A stretch of 64,000 bases of DNA from an uncultured Gammaproteobacteria bacterium (lineage in GTDB: Bacteria > Patescibacteriota > Microgenomatia > Levybacterales > UBA12049), in the NCBI GenBank assembly GCA_964653195.1, contig CAZZCX010000001.1, forward strand, positions 35,290-99,289, written 5' to 3'. How positions within the stretch are numbered: the first letter of the stretch is position 1; every line of letters starts with the position of its first letter. The translations under genes were made by a program, and so were the position numbers. Under the pieces are notes generated by a model. The model did no database searches. It had not been told where the DNA came from and worked only from the letters and a program-made list of their open reading frames with translations. Shown here piece by piece: positions 32,171 through 42,909 of the stretch.

Positions 32171-32541
32171 TTCAATTGCGTTCAATATTACAATCAGCAG
32201 ATAATAGCGGAGCAATATCGCTTTCAGTAATTCATGTTTTCGGCGGTAGTCGAAGAAAGTTTGGGAGAATCGGCGATATTATTAACTGTGTAGTGAAAAA
32301 AGCATCACCTCACGGTCAGGTAAAAGATAGTGAAATGGTGAAAGCAGTAGTTGTAAGAACCAGAAAAGAGCATAGAAGGAAGGATGGCTCATATGTCCGG
32401 TTCTCAGATAATGCAGCTGTTGTTATTGATAATCCGAAAGATAAGAACCCAAAAGGTACACGTATTTTTGGTCCAATTCCAAGAGAGATTAGAGATAAGG
32501 GATTTACTAAAATCGCTAGTATGGCTGTGGAGGTTGTATAA
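32167..32541 (+). CDS. rplN: 50S ribosomal protein L14
   Basis: MIQ..S.L...DNSGA. Confidence 0.9.
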   Translation: MIQLRSILQSADNSGAISLSVIHVFGGSRRKFGRIGDIINCVVKKASPHGQVKDSEMVKAVVVRTRKEHRRKDGSYVRFSDNAAVVIDNPKDKNPKGTRIFGPIPREIRDKGFTKIASMAVEVV

Positions 32542-32542
32542 T

Positions 32543-32848
32543 ATGAAACTTAAGAAAAACGATCAAGTTAAAATAATGAGTGGAAAAGACGCAGGTAAAA
32601 TTTCATCCGTTGAAAAAGTATATACAAAAGAAAATAAAGTATTGGTAAGCGGTATAAATCAGTATAAACGGCATGTAAAAGCCAGAACTCAAGGCCAATC
32701 GTCTGAAATTATTACGATCACGAAGCCATTAACCGTTTCGAAAGTAGCTCTTGTTTGTCCAAATTGTAAGAAGCAGACGAGGATAGGGTATTCAAATGAT
32801 AAAGGTTTAAAGACCCGCATATGTAAAAAGTGCGGAAAAAAGATATAA
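32543..32848 (+). CDS. rplX: 50S ribosomal protein L24, Cys4 zinc-ribbon variant
   Basis: The true start is the internal ATG at 32543 (MKLKKNDQVKIMSGKDAGK, KOW motif). The C-terminal CPNC...CKKC replaces the usual non-Cys residues. Confidence 0.8.
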   Translation: MKLKKNDQVKIMSGKDAGKISSVEKVYTKENKVLVSGINQYKRHVKARTQGQSSEIITITKPLTVSKVALVCPNCKKQTRIGYSNDKGLKTRICKKCGKKI

Positions 32849-32851
32849 CAT

Positions 32852-33400
32852 ATGACAGATTTACAAAAAAAATATAAAGAAACAATTGTAAGTGAGTTAC
32901 AAAAAGAGCTTGGAATCGATAATGTTATGGCTGTTCCCCATATCGTAAAGATTGTTGTAAATATGGGTGTCAAAGATGCAACGGCAGATAAGAAGCTTAT
33001 TGATAAAATGGGTCAGATAATGGGTCAGATTACAGGCCAGAAAGCACGAGTAGCAAGAGCAAAAAAGTCCATAGCTACTTTTAAATTAAGAGAGGGAGAT
33101 GCAATAGGACTTAGTGTAACTTTACGAGGAAAGAGAATGTACGGTTTCTTAAATAAATTGATTAGTATAATTTTGCCACGTATTAAAGATTTTCGAGGCG
33201 TAAAAACTACTAGCTTTGATGGCCGCGGAAATTATGCCATCGGTTTTAGAGAATATACAGTTTTTCCTGAGATTGACTTAGGTAGTGTTGATAGAATGCA
33301 GGGATTAGAGATTATTATTGTCATGTCGGCAAAAACTGATTTAGAAGGATTAACTTTACTAAAGGCATTCGGCATGCCGTTTCAAAAAACTAAATCTTAG
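32852..33400 (+). CDS. rplE: 50S ribosomal protein L5
   Basis: Conserved L5 sequence and position. Confidence 0.9.
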   Translation: MTDLQKKYKETIVSELQKELGIDNVMAVPHIVKIVVNMGVKDATADKKLIDKMGQIMGQITGQKARVARAKKSIATFKLREGDAIGLSVTLRGKRMYGFLNKLISIILPRIKDFRGVKTTSFDGRGNYAIGFREYTVFPEIDLGSVDRMQGLEIIIVMSAKTDLEGLTLLKAFGMPFQKTKS

Positions 33401-33510
33401 TAAATCCAATGGATTTTTGTTTAAATGTATCGAAATTACGGTTTTGTATGGTATAATTCTGAAGCTAAAATTATTCCGATTTATAAGGATTAATAGAAAT
33501 TTGTACAAAT

Positions 33511-33696
33511 ATGGCTAAAACATCAGACATAGTAAAATTTAAAAGAAAACAAAAGTTTGAAGTAAGAGATGTGAATCGATGTAATCTTTGTGGAAGAGCG
33601 AGAAGTTATTTTAGAAGATTTGGTTTATGCAGGATGTGTTTCCGTGAATTAGCAATGAAAGGAGATTTACCTGGGGTAACTAAATCCACCTGGTAA
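33511..33696 (+). CDS. rpsZ: 30S ribosomal protein S14 type Z (zinc-binding)
   Basis: 61 aa; C..C....C..C with R/K-rich context. Confidence 0.85.
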   Translation: MAKTSDIVKFKRKQKFEVRDVNRCNLCGRARSYFRRFGLCRMCFRELAMKGDLPGVTKSTW

Positions 33697-33704
33697 AAAA
33701 GTAT

Positions 33705-34091
33705 ATGTATCATGTAGGTGATTTTATTTTACGAATTAAAAATGCTTACCTAGCTAGAAAAAAGCAAGTAATTATGCCTTTTTCTAAGATAAACCAAGCT
33801 GTAGCAAAGTCGTTAGTGAAAGCAGGATTTATAAGTAGTGTCAAAGAAGAGGAAAAGGAAAGTATAAAAGTTATAGTTTGTGATCTCAGATACTATAATA
33901 GGCGACCTGTATTACATGATGTCAGATTAATATCTAAACCATCCCTTAGAGTATATATAGATAAAGAGGGATTAATGAGAGATAAAGATAAAGCATTAAC
34001 ATCCATTCTTTCTACAAGTTTTGGAGTGATGACAGGAAAAGAAGCAGTGAAAAAAGGGGTAGGAGGAGAATTGTTATTTAAGATTTGGTAA
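33705..34091 (+). CDS. rpsH: 30S ribosomal protein S8
   Basis: Position; DFILRIKNA. Confidence 0.85.
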   Translation: MYHVGDFILRIKNAYLARKKQVIMPFSKINQAVAKSLVKAGFISSVKEEEKESIKVIVCDLRYYNRRPVLHDVRLISKPSLRVYIDKEGLMRDKDKALTSILSTSFGVMTGKEAVKKGVGGELLFKIW

Positions 34092-34101
34092 GGAGAAAAT
34101 T

Positions 34102-34653
34102 ATGTCAAAAATAGGAAGAACACCAATTATTCTTAAAGAAAATTTAGATGTGAGTGTAAACGGAGCAACCGTATCGATAGTTAGTGATAAAGGTAATTCT
34201 ACTTATGTTTTGCCGAGCGGAATTTCAGCAAGAGTAGCGGATGGGAAATTAATGTTAGATATTGCAGACATGAAAGACAGAAGCTTGCGTGCTAAATATG
34301 GATTAAGCAGAGCGAATTTGGCGAATATCTTGAAAGGGATAACTTCGGGATTTGAAAAAAAACTTGAAATACAGGGAGTTGGATATAGGGCGCAACTTCA
34401 AGGTACGGATTTAGTATTATCACTGGGGTTTTCCCATACAGTAAAATTTCAACCCCACAAAGATGTGAAAATTGCAATATCGGAAAATATTATTTCGATA
34501 AGTGGAATAGATAAAGCCTTAGTTGGATTAACAGCATCAAAAATACGTGCAATTAAACCACCTGAGCCATATAAGGGTAAGGGTATTAGATATGCAGGTG
34601 AAATAGTTAAAAGAAAAGTGGGTAAAGCTGCAAAAGCAGTAGGGACAAAATAA
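34102..34653 (+). CDS. rplF: 50S ribosomal protein L6
   Basis: SKIGR.PI.....V. Confidence 0.85.
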   Translation: MSKIGRTPIILKENLDVSVNGATVSIVSDKGNSTYVLPSGISARVADGKLMLDIADMKDRSLRAKYGLSRANLANILKGITSGFEKKLEIQGVGYRAQLQGTDLVLSLGFSHTVKFQPHKDVKIAISENIISISGIDKALVGLTASKIRAIKPPEPYKGKGIRYAGEIVKRKVGKAAKAVGTK

Positions 34654-34735
34654 TCTTAGGATTAATCCCAAATTAATTTTAAGCCTTGAAGAAATTTATA
34701 TCAAAATAAATTAAAATTTAAAGTAAAATAAAATT

Positions 34736-35080
34736 ATGAATGCAAAAACACAAAGTATAAATAGACAAATGCGGATTAGGAGAAAGATACGTATAGTTTC
34801 AAGCAGGCCTAGGCTTTCAATATTCCGTTCAAATAAATATTTATATGCACAAATCATTGATGATGTAAAAGGACAAACACTATTGGGTGTTTCTGAGAAG
34901 GTTTTAGAAGAACAAAACGGAGCTAAAACTGATAAAGCCAAACAGCTTGGGATGACACTTGCAAAAAAAGCGAGAGACTTAAAAATTGAAGCTGTTGTAT
35001 TTGATAAGGGTAGGTTTTCATATCATGGAAAAGTAAAAGCTTTTGCAGATGGAGCAAGAGAAGGAGGGCTTAAGTTTTAA
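34736..35080 (+). CDS. rplR: 50S ribosomal protein L18
   Basis: RPRLSIFRSNKYLYAQIIDD. Confidence 0.85.
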   Translation: MNAKTQSINRQMRIRRKIRIVSSRPRLSIFRSNKYLYAQIIDDVKGQTLLGVSEKVLEEQNGAKTDKAKQLGMTLAKKARDLKIEAVVFDKGRFSYHGKVKAFADGAREGGLKF

Positions 35081-35174
35081 TTAAAAGATTATAAATAAAA
35101 TCACAATGATCTAGATTAAAGACAAAATATTTTAGATTTTAATTTTAATTTTTTATTTTAAATGAAAGAAGTAT

Positions 35175-35681
35175 ATGGATAATAAAAATAATTTCAAAAA
35201 GTTTGAAAACCAAAGTGGTTTTGATGAGCAGGTAGTAAGTATTAACCGTGTAACTAAAAAAACAAAAGGCGGAAATAAAATGGGATTTGCTGCGCTGGCA
35301 GTTGTAGGAGATAAGAATGGAAGAGTGGGTGTTGGACTGGGGAAAGCGATGGATGTATCAACTGCTATACGTAAAGCAATAATATTAGCGAGAAAAAAAC
35401 TTTTAACAGTTCCAATAATTAACGGCACTATACCTTTTAGAATTGATGTGAAAGTTGGTGCAGCAAAAATAATGCTAAAACCAGCTCCTAAGGGTTCGGG
35501 TATTATCGCAGGTGGAGCTGTGCGTAGTGTAGTATCGGTTGCAGGGATTGAGAATATTTCAAGCAAAGTGTTAGGTACCACAAATGCTGTAAATAACGTA
35601 TATGCAACCATGGAAGCACTTAAACAAATCGCGGAACGTCATGCTAGTTCAAATCATTTAAAGATGGGGGGGAAGAAATAA
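35175..35681 (+). CDS. rpsE: 30S ribosomal protein S5
   Basis: dsRBD plus S5 C-terminal domain; VVGDKNGRVGVGLGKA. Confidence 0.9.
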   Translation: MDNKNNFKKFENQSGFDEQVVSINRVTKKTKGGNKMGFAALAVVGDKNGRVGVGLGKAMDVSTAIRKAIILARKKLLTVPIINGTIPFRIDVKVGAAKIMLKPAPKGSGIIAGGAVRSVVSVAGIENISSKVLGTTNAVNNVYATMEALKQIAERHASSNHLKMGGKK

Positions 35682-36118
35682 TGCAATTACATTCACTTAC
35701 CCAAACCGTAGAAAAAAGCAAAAAAAGATTAGGTCAAGGACATGGATCTGGACGGGTTAAGACTAGTGGTAGGGGAACAAAGGGACAGAATGCGCGGTCA
35801 AAGAGACCTCTTCAGTTTGAGGGTGGTGCTCTGCCGTTGACTAAGCGTCTTCCTTTTCTGCGCGGAAAAGATAGAAATAAGTCTTTAAAACTAAAACCGC
35901 TTAGTATTAATTTATCTATGATTAGTAATTTACCGCAAAATACAGAAATTACTATTGATTCTTTGGTTAAACATAATTTGATCGCAAAAGGAAATGAAAA
36001 AAGGGGAGTGAAGCTTTTGGCAGTAGGGGAAATTACAAACGCTTATGTTGTAAAAATTCCCACATCCAAAACTGCACGTGTTAAAATAGAAAAAGTAGGC
36101 GGTAAAATTGATGCATGA
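35681..36118 (+). CDS. rplO: 50S ribosomal protein L15 (follows S5 directly; no L30 gene)
   Basis: [19 protein letters not shown]. The start shares a nucleotide with the rpsE stop codon. Confidence 0.85.
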   Translation: MQLHSLTQTVEKSKKRLGQGHGSGRVKTSGRGTKGQNARSKRPLQFEGGALPLTKRLPFLRGKDRNKSLKLKPLSINLSMISNLPQNTEITIDSLVKHNLIAKGNEKRGVKLLAVGEITNAYVVKIPTSKTARVKIEKVGGKIDA

Positions 36119-37404
36119 ATGATGTTTTACAGATTCTTCGAAATAGCGTTAAGACCCCGGAAATAAGGAAAAAACTGCTGTTTACAGCAGCGATTTTTTT
36201 GATTTCACGTTTTTTTGTCCATATTCCGGTTTCTGGTGTCGATTTGGCGCAGCTTCGTACACTTTTTTCACAAAATCAATTTCTGGGTTTGCTTGATTTG
36301 TTTTCGGGAGGTACTTTAGCTAATTTCTCCATTATGGCTCTTGGCCTAAATCCTTATATCAATGCGTCAATTATCTTGCAGCTTATGACTATGATATTTC
36401 CGAAGCTTGAAGCATTACAAAAGGAGGGTGAGCAAGGGAGACGAAAAATTAATCAGTATACAAGGTTTATATCGATACCTTTGGCTGCATTACAGGCATT
36501 AGGCATGTATGCATTACTAAGAAGTCAAGGTATCATAACAACTCTTTCTCCGCTTTCACTTATATCTTTTATTTTGACTATGGTGGCAGGTACTATGCTT
36601 TTAGTTTGGCTTGGTGAATTGATCACTGAGCGTGGAATCGGGAATGGTATATCAGTTATGATATTTGCGGGAATTGTTGGAAGGCTGCCTGTCATATTGG
36701 GTCAAACAGCATCAACTTTTTCATCAGAAAATGCATTAAATTTATTGATTTATGTAGCTATGGGTATAGGGATGATTGCCGGTGTTATTATAGTCAATGA
36801 AGCGACACGTAAAATTACAGTCCACTATGCTAAAAGAGTTCGTGGAAGCAAGATGTTTGGCGGTCAATCAACACATCTTCCACTTAGATTAAATCAGGCA
36901 GGTGTAATTCCTATTATTTTTGCTGTATCTCTAGTTTTACTTCCTTCGATGTTGGGAAATTATTTAGTTTCATCAGCAAATGCAACACTTGCAGGAGCCG
37001 GACAATTCTTAACCACATTCTTTAATCCGGACTCTGCACAATATAATATTTTATATTTCACATTGGTCGTGGGCTTCACGTATTTTTATACAGCAGTTGT
37101 ATTTAACCCTCAGAAAATTGCTGAAGAAATACAGAAATATGGTGGTTTTATTCCCGGTATCCGTCCAGGTTCCCAAACCACTAAATATCTAAACTATATT
37201 CTCAACAGAATTACTTTAGTAGGAGCTATGTTTTTAGGTTTTATTGCAGTTTTGCCAACACTTGTAAAATTTGTTACCTCACAGCAGAATGTTTTAATTG
37301 GCGGAACAAGTATACTTATAGTAGTGAGTGTAATTCTCGAGATATTTAAATCAATGGAAGCAAATCTTGTCACCAGAAATTATGAGGAATTTTTGAGAAA
37401 ATAG
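36115..37404 (+). CDS. secY: preprotein translocase subunit SecY
   Basis: 10-TM SecY sequence; position after L15. Confidence 0.9.
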   Translation: MNDVLQILRNSVKTPEIRKKLLFTAAIFLISRFFVHIPVSGVDLAQLRTLFSQNQFLGLLDLFSGGTLANFSIMALGLNPYINASIILQLMTMIFPKLEALQKEGEQGRRKINQYTRFISIPLAALQALGMYALLRSQGIITTLSPLSLISFILTMVAGTMLLVWLGELITERGIGNGISVMIFAGIVGRLPVILGQTASTFSSENALNLLIYVAMGIGMIAGVIIVNEATRKITVHYAKRVRGSKMFGGQSTHLPLRLNQAGVIPIIFAVSLVLLPSMLGNYLVSSANATLAGAGQFLTTFFNPDSAQYNILYFTLVVGFTYFYTAVVFNPQKIAEEIQKYGGFIPGIRPGSQTTKYLNYILNRITLVGAMFLGFIAVLPTLVKFVTSQQNVLIGGTSILIVVSVILEIFKSMEANLVTRNYEEFLRK

Positions 37405-37436
37405 TATTGCCTCATATTCAATATTCTTTTTAAGAT

Positions 37437-37985
37437 ATGAACATTATCATTATTGGTATTCAGGGGTCGGGAAAATCAACTCAAGGGAAATTGCTTTCTC
37501 GTAATCTGAAAATACCTTATCTTTCTTCAGGGCATATATTTAGAGATCTAGCACACAAGAAAGATAAATTAGGAAGGTATATTAAAGAGCACATGCATGC
37601 GGGAATGCTTATTCCTGATACGCAAGCACTTAAGATCATCACAGACTATCTTGACCTACCACTGTATGCAAATGGATTTATTTTGGACGGTTTCCCGAGA
37701 ACCTTAAGTCAAGCTGAGAAGTTTTTGCACAAAGTCACCCATGTAGTTTATTTAAAAATCTCTGATAAAGAAGCACTGTGGCGGTTATCGTACCGTGAAG
37801 AAAAGAAAGAGGAGTTCCGAGAAGACGAGACATTGGCTGCAGTCAGACATCGTATTGATCTTTTTCATAAATTTACAACACCTGTTATCAAGTATTATGA
37901 TGAGAAAAAGTTACTTATTGAGATAAACGGTGAGGTGAGCATCGAAGAAATAAATAAAGAAATTCTTAAAAGGCTTCGCGTATGA
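37437..37985 (+). CDS. adk: adenylate kinase (short-LID type)
   Basis: P-loop GIQGSGKSTQ; the NMP-binding and LID regions are conserved. Confidence 0.85.
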   Translation: MNIIIIGIQGSGKSTQGKLLSRNLKIPYLSSGHIFRDLAHKKDKLGRYIKEHMHAGMLIPDTQALKIITDYLDLPLYANGFILDGFPRTLSQAEKFLHKVTHVVYLKISDKEALWRLSYREEKKEEFREDETLAAVRHRIDLFHKFTTPVIKYYDEKKLLIEINGEVSIEEINKEILKRLRV

Positions 37986-38572
37986 GAGATTTATCGGATA
38001 AAGCCTCTCATTCATCTATAGTTATTGCAATTGTAGGAATGGCAGGAAGTGGTAAATCAGAAGCAGCTAAGTTTTTTAAAGAAAAAGATTTGCCGATCCT
38101 GCGTTTTGGTGATGTGATTGATGAAGGGATAAAAGCGGAAGGACTTCCTTGGACTCCTGAAAATAATGTATATTACAGAAATAAAATTCGAAAAGAGCTA
38201 GGAATGGAGGCAGTGGCAGTGAAAATGTTGCCTAAAATTCAGAAGGTTTTAAGAGCAAATAGTAATATAGTAATGGATGGTTTATACAGTTGGGAGGAAT
38301 ACAAATACCTGCAAAAATTTTTACCTAAACTTTTTCTATTATGTGTATTTGCCCGTCCTTCTATACGTTATAATCGTCTCGAGAAAAGGGTTGATCGTAG
38401 TTTTAGTAAGGAAGATGCCATTAGGCGTGATATTACAGAAATTGAACAGTCACATAAAGCTGGTCCTATCGCCATTGCTAATTATCTTATTAAAAATGAA
38501 TCGACGATTGAAAGATATCATGAAAAACTGAACACCTTTTGGCAAATTATGAAAAAAGGAGATATATGGTAG
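37982..38572 (+). CDS. P-loop nucleotide/nucleoside kinase-like protein (dephospho-CoA kinase / dNMP kinase fold)
   Basis: IAIVGMAGSGKSEAAKFF Walker A. ATGA overlap with the adk stop codon suggests translational coupling. Confidence 0.4.
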   Translation: MRDLSDKASHSSIVIAIVGMAGSGKSEAAKFFKEKDLPILRFGDVIDEGIKAEGLPWTPENNVYYRNKIRKELGMEAVAVKMLPKIQKVLRANSNIVMDGLYSWEEYKYLQKFLPKLFLLCVFARPSIRYNRLEKRVDRSFSKEDAIRRDITEIEQSHKAGPIAIANYLIKNESTIERYHEKLNTFWQIMKKGDIW

Positions 38573-39339
38573 ATATAAAAACTTCAAAAGAAATTGAATC
38601 GATGAAAAAAGGGGGAGGAATTCTATCTAGGGTTTTATGGGAAGTTTTAGCTCACGCAAAACCTGGTATAACTGAACTTGAGCTTGACCAGATGGCGGAA
38701 CGGCTTATAAGAGAACAAGGTGGTGAGCCTGGTTTTAAAAAAGTTAAAGGATATTATCATACTATATGTGCTTGTACCAACGAAGTTGTTGTTCATGGTA
38801 TACCTTCAGGTTATAAACTTAAAGCAGGTGATGTGATATGTATAGATTGTGGTGTTTACTATGATGGGTATCATACAGACATGGCAGAAACGGTTATAGT
38901 GAAGAATTCTGAAATCAAAATTCAAGGTTATGAGAAAAAGAAAAAGTTTCTAGATATTGGCAAGAAGGCGCTTAAAGCGGGGATAATGCAAGCAGTTACC
39001 GGGAATCGTATAGGACATATATCAAAGGCCATACAAGACATTGTAGAGACTGATGGAGGGTACAGCGTGGTCCGATCTCTTATTGGACATGGTGTCGGAC
39101 GGGAACTTCATGAAGATCCTGAAGTGCCTGGATTTCTGGATAGAACAATTCTCAAAACTCCTCGACTTATGGAAGGGATGACTATTGCTATAGAAGTGAT
39201 ATATAACATGGGTAAATCAGAGGTGGTTTATGCTGGTACTGATGATTGGACGATAAAATCAGCAGATGGTAGTCTTTCTGCAGTTTTCGAGCGGACAGTT
39301 GCAATTACAAATGCAGGGCCTTTTATATTAACTAGGTAA
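38566..39339 (+). CDS. map: methionine aminopeptidase type I
   Basis: Pita-bread fold metal ligands (D...D...H...E...E pattern). The internal ATG 38566 is the likely start. Confidence 0.85.
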   Translation: MVDIKTSKEIESMKKGGGILSRVLWEVLAHAKPGITELELDQMAERLIREQGGEPGFKKVKGYYHTICACTNEVVVHGIPSGYKLKAGDVICIDCGVYYDGYHTDMAETVIVKNSEIKIQGYEKKKKFLDIGKKALKAGIMQAVTGNRIGHISKAIQDIVETDGGYSVVRSLIGHGVGRELHEDPEVPGFLDRTILKTPRLMEGMTIAIEVIYNMGKSEVVYAGTDDWTIKSADGSLSAVFERTVAITNAGPFILTR

Positions 39340-39494
39340 TTGCCCTTTTGAGCTTGATTTGATATAATTATTTTCGGTAAAATCAATCGATCTGAATTTG
39401 GCTTAAATTCTAAATTCTGCTGACTCTGCCGGTTGAGTAAATTTAACCCTAAATTAAGGCTAGTAGTATAGTTATATTTAGAATTTTAATATTT

Positions 39495-39713
39495 ATGGCT
39501 CATCAAGGATCAGTCGAGAAAAATGGAATCGTTAAAGAATCATTGCCCAATACTTTATTTAGGGTAGAGCTTGAGGAAGGGTCATTAATTTTATGTCATT
39601 TATCCGGGAAAATGCGGATGAATTTTATAAAGATCTTACCTGGTGACAGAGTAATTGTTGAGATGACGCCTTACGATTTAAATAAAGGAAGAATTATTAG
39701 AAGATTAAAATAA
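39495..39713 (+). CDS. infA: translation initiation factor IF-1
   Basis: S1-like OB fold; GKMR....I.PGD.V. Confidence 0.9.
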   Translation: MAHQGSVEKNGIVKESLPNTLFRVELEEGSLILCHLSGKMRMNFIKILPGDRVIVEMTPYDLNKGRIIRRLK

Positions 39714-39714
39714 T

Positions 39715-39828
39715 ATGAAAGTTCAAGCAAGTATAAAACCAAGATGTAAGAATTGTAAGAATGTTCGCAGAAAAGGCGTTGTGTTTATAGTGTGTACTAC
39801 AGCAAAGCATAAACAAAGACAAGGCTAG
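39715..39828 (+). CDS. rpmJ: 50S ribosomal protein L36 (below the ORF-track size cutoff)
   Basis: Hand translation gives [37 protein letters not shown], a C-x2-C-x12-C-x4-H zinc ribbon. Confidence 0.8.
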   Translation: MKVQASIKPRCKNCKNVRRKGVVFIVCTTAKHKQRQG

Positions 39829-39848
39829 TTTATATTTAATATTGAAAT

Positions 39849-40265
39849 ATGAGATTACTTGGAGTTATTATTCCTGATGATAAAAGAATTGACATAGCGC
39901 TTAGCTACCTTTATGGAGTCGGAAGAAAGAATGCTGTAAAGATTCTTAATAAAGCGGATGTTGATATATCAAAAAGGGCTAAGACTTTATCTGAAGAGGA
40001 ACTTAAAAGAATAACAAACGCAGTTGAGGGGATTAAGATTGAAGGAGATTTACGTGCAGAAGTGAATGGAAACATAAGGCAGCTTAAAGAGATGGGTGCT
40101 TATAGAGGTATAAGACATAGTCGAAGTTTACCGGCACGAGGTCAGCGAACAAGATCGAATGCAAGGACTAAAAGGGGTAAGAGGGTAACAATTGGTGCTA
40201 TAAAGAAAGAATTAGTGGCTAAGATTGAAGCATCTCAAAAAACAAAAGAAGCAGCGAAAAAATAA
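39849..40265 (+). CDS. rpsM: 30S ribosomal protein S13
   Basis: Conserved S13 sequence and position. Confidence 0.9.
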   Translation: MRLLGVIIPDDKRIDIALSYLYGVGRKNAVKILNKADVDISKRAKTLSEEELKRITNAVEGIKIEGDLRAEVNGNIRQLKEMGAYRGIRHSRSLPARGQRTRSNARTKRGKRVTIGAIKKELVAKIEASQKTKEAAKK

Positions 40266-40312
40266 TTTGAATCGTAATCAGATAGAACAATAGACAAAAA
40301 TTATAAATAAAT

Positions 40313-40714
40313 ATGGTTAAAAAACTAACTAGCAATAAACCAGCCAAAAAGCGATCAAGCGTCGTAGTAGGCAGTCATGGTAAAGTTTTCATCACGGCTA
40401 CATTCAATAATACCCTCGTTACCATTACGAATGAAAGTGGCGACACTCTTTCATGGAGTTCTTCTGGATCTAGAGGATTTAAAGGGACAAGAAAATCTAC
40501 ACCTTATGCAGCGTCACTTGCTGTAGAAGATGCTTCAAAAAAAGCTCTATCCAAAGGCTTAAAAAACGTTGAGGTGTTCATAAAGGGTCCAGGGTCAGGA
40601 CGAGATTCAGCACTGCGGGGAGTAAAAGCAGGTGGTTTAAGTATATTATCTATAACAGATGTGACACCTATTCCGCATAATGGACCGAGGGCACAGAAGC
40701 GGAGGAGAATTTAA
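40313..40714 (+). CDS. rpsK: 30S ribosomal protein S11
   Basis: Conserved S11 sequence and position. Confidence 0.9.
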   Translation: MVKKLTSNKPAKKRSSVVVGSHGKVFITATFNNTLVTITNESGDTLSWSSSGSRGFKGTRKSTPYAASLAVEDASKKALSKGLKNVEVFIKGPGSGRDSALRGVKAGGLSILSITDVTPIPHNGPRAQKRRRI

Positions 40715-40719
40715 TTTTT

Positions 40720-41322
40720 ATGGCACGTTATACGGGACCAAAACATAAATTAGCAAGAAGAGAAGGAGTTAATGTTTTAGATAAAACATCAGCAAGTCTT
40801 CTTAGGCGTATTACTATACCACCAGGTGTGCATGGTAAAAAGCGCAAGAGAAGATTATCTGAATTTGGGCTACAGCTTAGAGAAAAACAAAAAGCTAAAG
40901 TAATATATGGAATGCTTGAGAAGCAGTTCAAGCGTCTTGTTGAGACTGTAGCACGCCAGAAAGGTGATACAGAAGAATTACTTCTTTCACTACTTGAGAC
41001 ACGTTTAGATAATATAGTTTATCGTTTAGGTTTTGCAAAATCCCGTTTTATGGCAAGGCAAATGGTTACTCATGGTCACGTGTTAATTAATGATAAGAAG
41101 TTGTCTATTCCTTCTTATCAAGTGAAAAAAGATGAAATCATATCACTTTCTCAAATTATTCAAAAGAATCCGGACATTATTAAACTCATGGCTGAAAACC
41201 AACCAATAGCGCCATTTCTTGCTAAAGAAGGAAACCAAGGAAAGCTTATAAGAGTTCCTCAGAAAAGCGATTTAGAATTTCCATTTAATACCAGACAGAT
41301 CATTGAATATTATTCACGTTAA
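40720..41322 (+). CDS. rpsD: 30S ribosomal protein S4
   Basis: MARYTGPK..., S4 domain. Confidence 0.9.
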   Translation: MARYTGPKHKLARREGVNVLDKTSASLLRRITIPPGVHGKKRKRRLSEFGLQLREKQKAKVIYGMLEKQFKRLVETVARQKGDTEELLLSLLETRLDNIVYRLGFAKSRFMARQMVTHGHVLINDKKLSIPSYQVKKDEIISLSQIIQKNPDIIKLMAENQPIAPFLAKEGNQGKLIRVPQKSDLEFPFNTRQIIEYYSR

Positions 41323-41340
41323 TGATATACTACTAACTCT

Positions 41341-42273
41341 ATGGTTGAACTTAACTTTAATGTAAAAGAGCTCACTTTAACTGATGAATACGGTGAATTC
41401 GTAATTGAACCTTTGGAGCCGGGATACGGCTACACTATTGGTAATGCTTTAAGACGGGTTTTGTATGCTTCAATTCCTGGAGCTGCTGTAACCTCAGTTA
41501 GAATCACAGGTGTTAAGCACAGATTCTCTGTATTACCTGGTTTAAAGGAAAACATTATTGATTTTCTTTTAAATTTAAAGCAGCTCAATCTACGATTACT
41601 TGGAGAAGAAAATTCTGCAACAATTACATTATCTGTAAAAGGTGAAAAGGTAATAAAAGCGTCTGATTTAGAAGTAAGCGAAAGTGTAGAGATAGCAAAT
41701 CCTGATCTATACCTCGGTACACTCTCTGGTGCAAAATCAAAATTGGAAATGCAACTTACTGTTGAGCGTGGATTTGGATTTTCACTTGCCGATGAAAGAA
41801 AGAGTAATGCATTGGAAGTAATTCCTACAGATGCAGTATATACACCCGTAAAACGCGTTACTTACGCAGTTGAGGCTACTCGTGTTGGTCGGCAGACAAA
41901 TCTTGATAAATTAATTTTAAAAATTTGGACAAATGGTACAATTAATCCAAGAACTGTATTGGATGAAGCTGCAAAGATCCTTGCACATTCATTCTCTTTA
42001 ATTTATCAACCTACAAAATCCTCAATGAGTGATTCTGAAGTAACTGAAAGTTCAACTTCCTCTATTCCGCCAGAAGCATTGAAGCTAACTATTGATGAGC
42101 TGGATCTTCCTACAAGGATATATAATTCACTTCGCAATGGAGGCATTGAGACAGTTGAAGAGTTACTTAATACTCCTCGCAAAGAGCTTATTAGTATGCG
42201 TAATATGGGAGGGAAATCGATTACTGTTATTGAGGATAAGCTTCAAACAAAAGGTATATCCTTATCTGCCTAA
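41341..42273 (+). CDS. rpoA: DNA-directed RNA polymerase subunit alpha
   Basis: N-terminal dimerisation domain and alpha-CTD; position after S4. Confidence 0.9.
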   Translation: MVELNFNVKELTLTDEYGEFVIEPLEPGYGYTIGNALRRVLYASIPGAAVTSVRITGVKHRFSVLPGLKENIIDFLLNLKQLNLRLLGEENSATITLSVKGEKVIKASDLEVSESVEIANPDLYLGTLSGAKSKLEMQLTVERGFGFSLADERKSNALEVIPTDAVYTPVKRVTYAVEATRVGRQTNLDKLILKIWTNGTINPRTVLDEAAKILAHSFSLIYQPTKSSMSDSEVTESSTSSIPPEALKLTIDELDLPTRIYNSLRNGGIETVEELLNTPRKELISMRNMGGKSITVIEDKLQTKGISLSA

Positions 42274-42280
42274 CCAGAAA

Positions 42281-42375
42281 GATATTAAGATATTGGGATA
42301 CTGAGATATTAAGAGATATTCTATATCAAAACTTAATATCTTAATTTACTTAATATTTTAATATCTTTTTTTAAT
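42281..42375 (+). repeat. cluster of direct and inverted copies of the 9-mer GATATTAAG/CTTAATATC forming nested hairpins, ending in T7
   Basis: gatattaag x2 (42281, 42305), cttaatatc-like x3 (42342, 42357, 42368), then ttttttt directly before the rplQ ATG. Confidence 0.4.
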
Positions 42376-42909
42376 ATGAAAAAAAACGTTTTTGGCCGAC
42401 AATTTAAAAGAGATACAAATGAAAGAAAATCCCTGTTTAAAGGATTAATGACAGCATTGGTTATGCATGATCGGATCCAAACAACAGAAGAAAAAGCAAA
42501 ATCAATCAAAGGTGCAGTAGAAAAGTTGGTTACAAAAGCGTTAAGAAAAGGAGAGAATTCCAAAAGAGAACTTCTCCCATTTTTAAGTGAGGATGCGGTT
42601 AAAAAAATGATACTAGACATTGCCCCTCGATTTACAGACAGAAGCGGAGGCTATACGAGGATAATCAAGCTTGGAAGACGATTTGGTGATAATGCATCTC
42701 TTGTTATACTTGAATGGGTTGAGCAAAGTAGCAATAAGAATGTAACGAGTAGTAGCACAACTAAGAAAGCTGATATAAAAACGGCAGTTGCCAAAGGTAG
42801 CAATGTCAGTGTAAAATCGAAAAAAACTAAAACAATTAGTTCGAATAAGCCTAAAACAGTAAAACTACCTAAAACAAAAAAAGTAAGAAAGGAAAGCAAG
42901 GAAAAATAA
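42376..42909 (+). CDS. rplQ: 50S ribosomal protein L17 (Lys-rich C-terminal extension)
   Basis: L17 core GRQFKR...R..LF. Confidence 0.85.
   Translation: MKKNVFGRQFKRDTNERKSLFKGLMTALVMHDRIQTTEEKAKSIKGAVEKLVTKALRKGENSKRELLPFLSEDAVKKMILDIAPRFTDRSGGYTRIIKLGRRFGDNASLVILEWVEQSSNKNVTSSSTTKKADIKTAVAKGSNVSVKSKKTKTISSNKPKTVKLPKTKKVRKESKEK

Noticed and set aside
32384-32542. N-terminal 53 codons of the 154-aa ORF as part of L24
   Set aside because: They overlap rplN in another frame. The L24 KOW sequence begins at the internal ATG 32543.
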